Positions 61,577-64,000 of a stretch of 64,000 bases of DNA are shown here, in pieces. A program made the translations under genes and the position numbers. How positions within the stretch are numbered: the stretch's first letter is position 1; each line of letters opens with the position of its first letter. The notes under the pieces were generated by a model. The model was not told the DNA's origin. It searched no databases and saw only the letters and a program-made list of their open reading frames with translations. Source of the stretch: Octopus sinensis (Eukaryota); the NCBI RefSeq assembly GCF_006345805.1, contig NC_043004.1:19964001-20028000 (forward strand), written 5' to 3'.

Positions 61577-63139
61577 TATTGCGTTTCAAATTATCAGTGA
61601 CGTAACATTTTACATTTACAATTTTTGTTTAAAAACTACTCTTTGGAAATGAATGAAATTTCCACAGGGTGATGGCAACAATTCTATGCGCGTGATATGT
61701 GAAAAGCGTGAGAGTGTACACAAGTGGAAACAAACCACGGCCATTTGCGTGATTTCCACGAATTCTCAAATTATTAATGAATGGTCTGATAATCGTGTAG
61801 GTCGTAAATGTGATTTAACTGCTTCAGAGAAATCTGTTATCACTTCTGAACTTTCAAAAGGTAAATCAACATTAGAAATATCTAAAATAATTGCATGATA
61901 TCACCACATTGTGAAAAATAAATTCTTACTGCTCCTTTGAAGATATGTAAGAGAGCCGAAAATGGCATGCCGAGGACTGATTCTCAACGTTCTTTTTCAC
62001 GAATTAAGCGTAGAGCTGTAAATAACCCAGGCCTTACAAGTGGAGAACATTTCAACTGCATTGGCGAAACAACTCGTTGTCGTCATGTGAAAAAGGTCCG
62101 TAAACCAGTGACATCAGTAAAGAGGCCTTCTTTAAATAAAATACACGTTCAAAATCCTCTGAAATGGGTAGAAGATAACGTAATGGTCGACTTTTCAAAG
62201 TTTTGTTTACGGACGAAACTGGTACTACCCTTGATGGACCTGATGGTTGGAGCAAGGGATCGGTTGTAAATGGATGAGATCGTCATCGATGCTTGAGGCA
62301 CCAACAAGAGGTAGGAGGCATCATGATTTGGGTAGGTATTATAGGAGGTATTGTGGTTGGTCCTTGGAAAGTCCCTGGCGGTGCTAAAACGACTATGGAT
62401 GCTTATATAACCTTTCTGAGGGAGCACTTTGAAACTTGGTTTAAAAAGTTAAGGATCACCATCAAGACAACCATATTATTCATGCAAGAAAATGCGCCCT
62501 TGCACTCAACGAAGAATCCTACAAAACATCTGCAACAATTAGACTTCTGTGAACCTCGCCTACCTGAAGTGGCCTGCCTGTCCCAAAAACTTAAATCCAA
62601 TAGAAAACTTGTGGAGCATTCTAAATCGACGAATTTACGAGAATGGTCACCAATTTAGGAGCAAGGATGAACTTTTTTCTGGCAATAGTAGATGTATATA
62701 ATGGTATGATATCAGAGGAGATCTAGAAATTAGCATGTTCCATGGGTTAGCGACTTTTCCAACTTATTGCAAACGAAAGCTCATATATCCCTCATTAAAC
62801 AGCTCACCTATTATTTTTGAACGCAGTTTATTTGTTCATTTCTATTTATTCCTTGTTTATGACTGTATGTGTTCATTTCAATATGTCATCAAACAATAAA
62901 GTTGTTATTTTCATGTTTAGATGAGTTTTAATTACACCTCGTTAATAATTTAGAACAGTGAAAGTAAATATGGTAAATGGCCGTAGTGCCTGTTTTATTT
63001 TACGGAACCTCACATTTTTTACACACCACGCGCATGTAACTGTTGCGATTATTCTGTGAAAACTGTGTTGAATTTCAACGAGCAATTCTTTTCAATAAAG
63101 AAAAGAAATTTAAACTCGTTAATAATTTGAAACGCAGTG
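61577..63139 (+). mobile_element. Full-length decayed Tc1-like DD34E transposon (1563 bp)
   Basis: TIRs tattgcgtttcaaattat / aataatttgaaacgcagtg. Transposase remnants GRKCDLTASEK, LFTDE, GGIMIW, FMQENAP (second Asp changed to Glu), LNPIENLWS; multiple frameshifts and stops. Confidence 0.92.
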
Positions 63140-64000
63140 TGTGTGTGTGTATCAGTATATATATTGTGTAATGCTCAAAATTAGACCGTATAAATTGCGA
63201 TAATATTTCTATCTTTGACCGGAAGTGGATCGATATTTATAATAAGCGGTGTTTCAGTTTTTTTTCAACTTTGATACGGCCAGAATCATATACATGTTTC
63301 GAAATCCTTGCTTTTGGCCACCACACCTGCATAATATCTCCATGTGATATATTCCCAAATCATTTATGAGGGAAACTATATGTAATTCTTTGCGTTGTTG
63401 TCTGCAACGAAAATATTCCTATGCAATAAATTCTTAAACCTTCATTACTTATTTCCTGAGGATATACCGTCGAAACATTAAGAGGCCATCCAAAGATGTA
63501 GTCATAAACTATACAGAAATTGGATAATATTTTCCAAATTTCATGATTCAATCCTCGGATATCATCGCAACGAACTGTAAATCTATCAAAAATATTTGAG
63601 AACAATTCTTTGTATTGAGGAAACAGAAAAATATTAGATTGAATCTATTTAAATTAATTTTTCAATAATTGATTTGCGATGCATATTTTCTTGTCGTACA
63701 TTCTACCGAAGGTATTTTTGATTGAAACATTGATTTTAATATTTTGAAACAACTTCACAATTGGAATATATAGGAAATGCAGCGAGCTGTTACGAAAGAC
63801 TTTAGATATATACTGTTGAAAGGAGTTTAAAATCTAATATTCACTGTATATATCTGATATTTCATACATTTATATCTTGAGTGGTCTACGAAATAAATTT
63901 AGGAGCAATTCTTTTCAATAGAGAAAAATTAACTCTTTTTATATTCTGTTGTATTATACATATGTTTGCTTTATTCTGCTCTAATAGATATAGCATTCGT

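Overview
This is a eukaryotic, AT-rich, extremely repeat-dense 64-kb window with no confidently identifiable host gene; it is probably intergenic or deep intronic. The dense (TA)n/(CA)n/(TACA)n/(TAA)n microsatellites and the recurring tRNA-derived SINE families look like a coleoid cephalopod (Octopus-type) genome. That assignment is recognition from memory, not a database result. Almost all ORFs in the supplied track are microsatellite translations or antisense frames of transposons. Supported content: (i) eight fragments of R4/Dong-type restriction-like-endonuclease (RLE) non-LTR retrotransposons from several divergent subfamilies, five ending in (TAA)n, one with an intact ~350-codon CCHC+RLE frame (16515-17570); (ii) three copies of an unclassified ~550-bp non-coding element (here 'element X'), each starting right after a (TAA)n tract and twice lying directly behind an R4 tail; (iii) two Tx1/L1-clade LINEs, RTE-clade fragments, and three Penelope-like fragments plus a minimal hammerhead-ribozyme motif; (iv) an internally deleted Ty3/Gypsy element; (v) Tc1 and mariner copies and several MITE/foldback elements; (vi) three SINE families. 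The most interesting system is the (TAA)n landing-pad community: head-to-tail trains of R4/Dong copies plus element X at 13741-18398 and 50715-51993. All alignments and identities were done by eye, and boundaries not defined by terminal repeats are approximate (about +/-10-30 nt).
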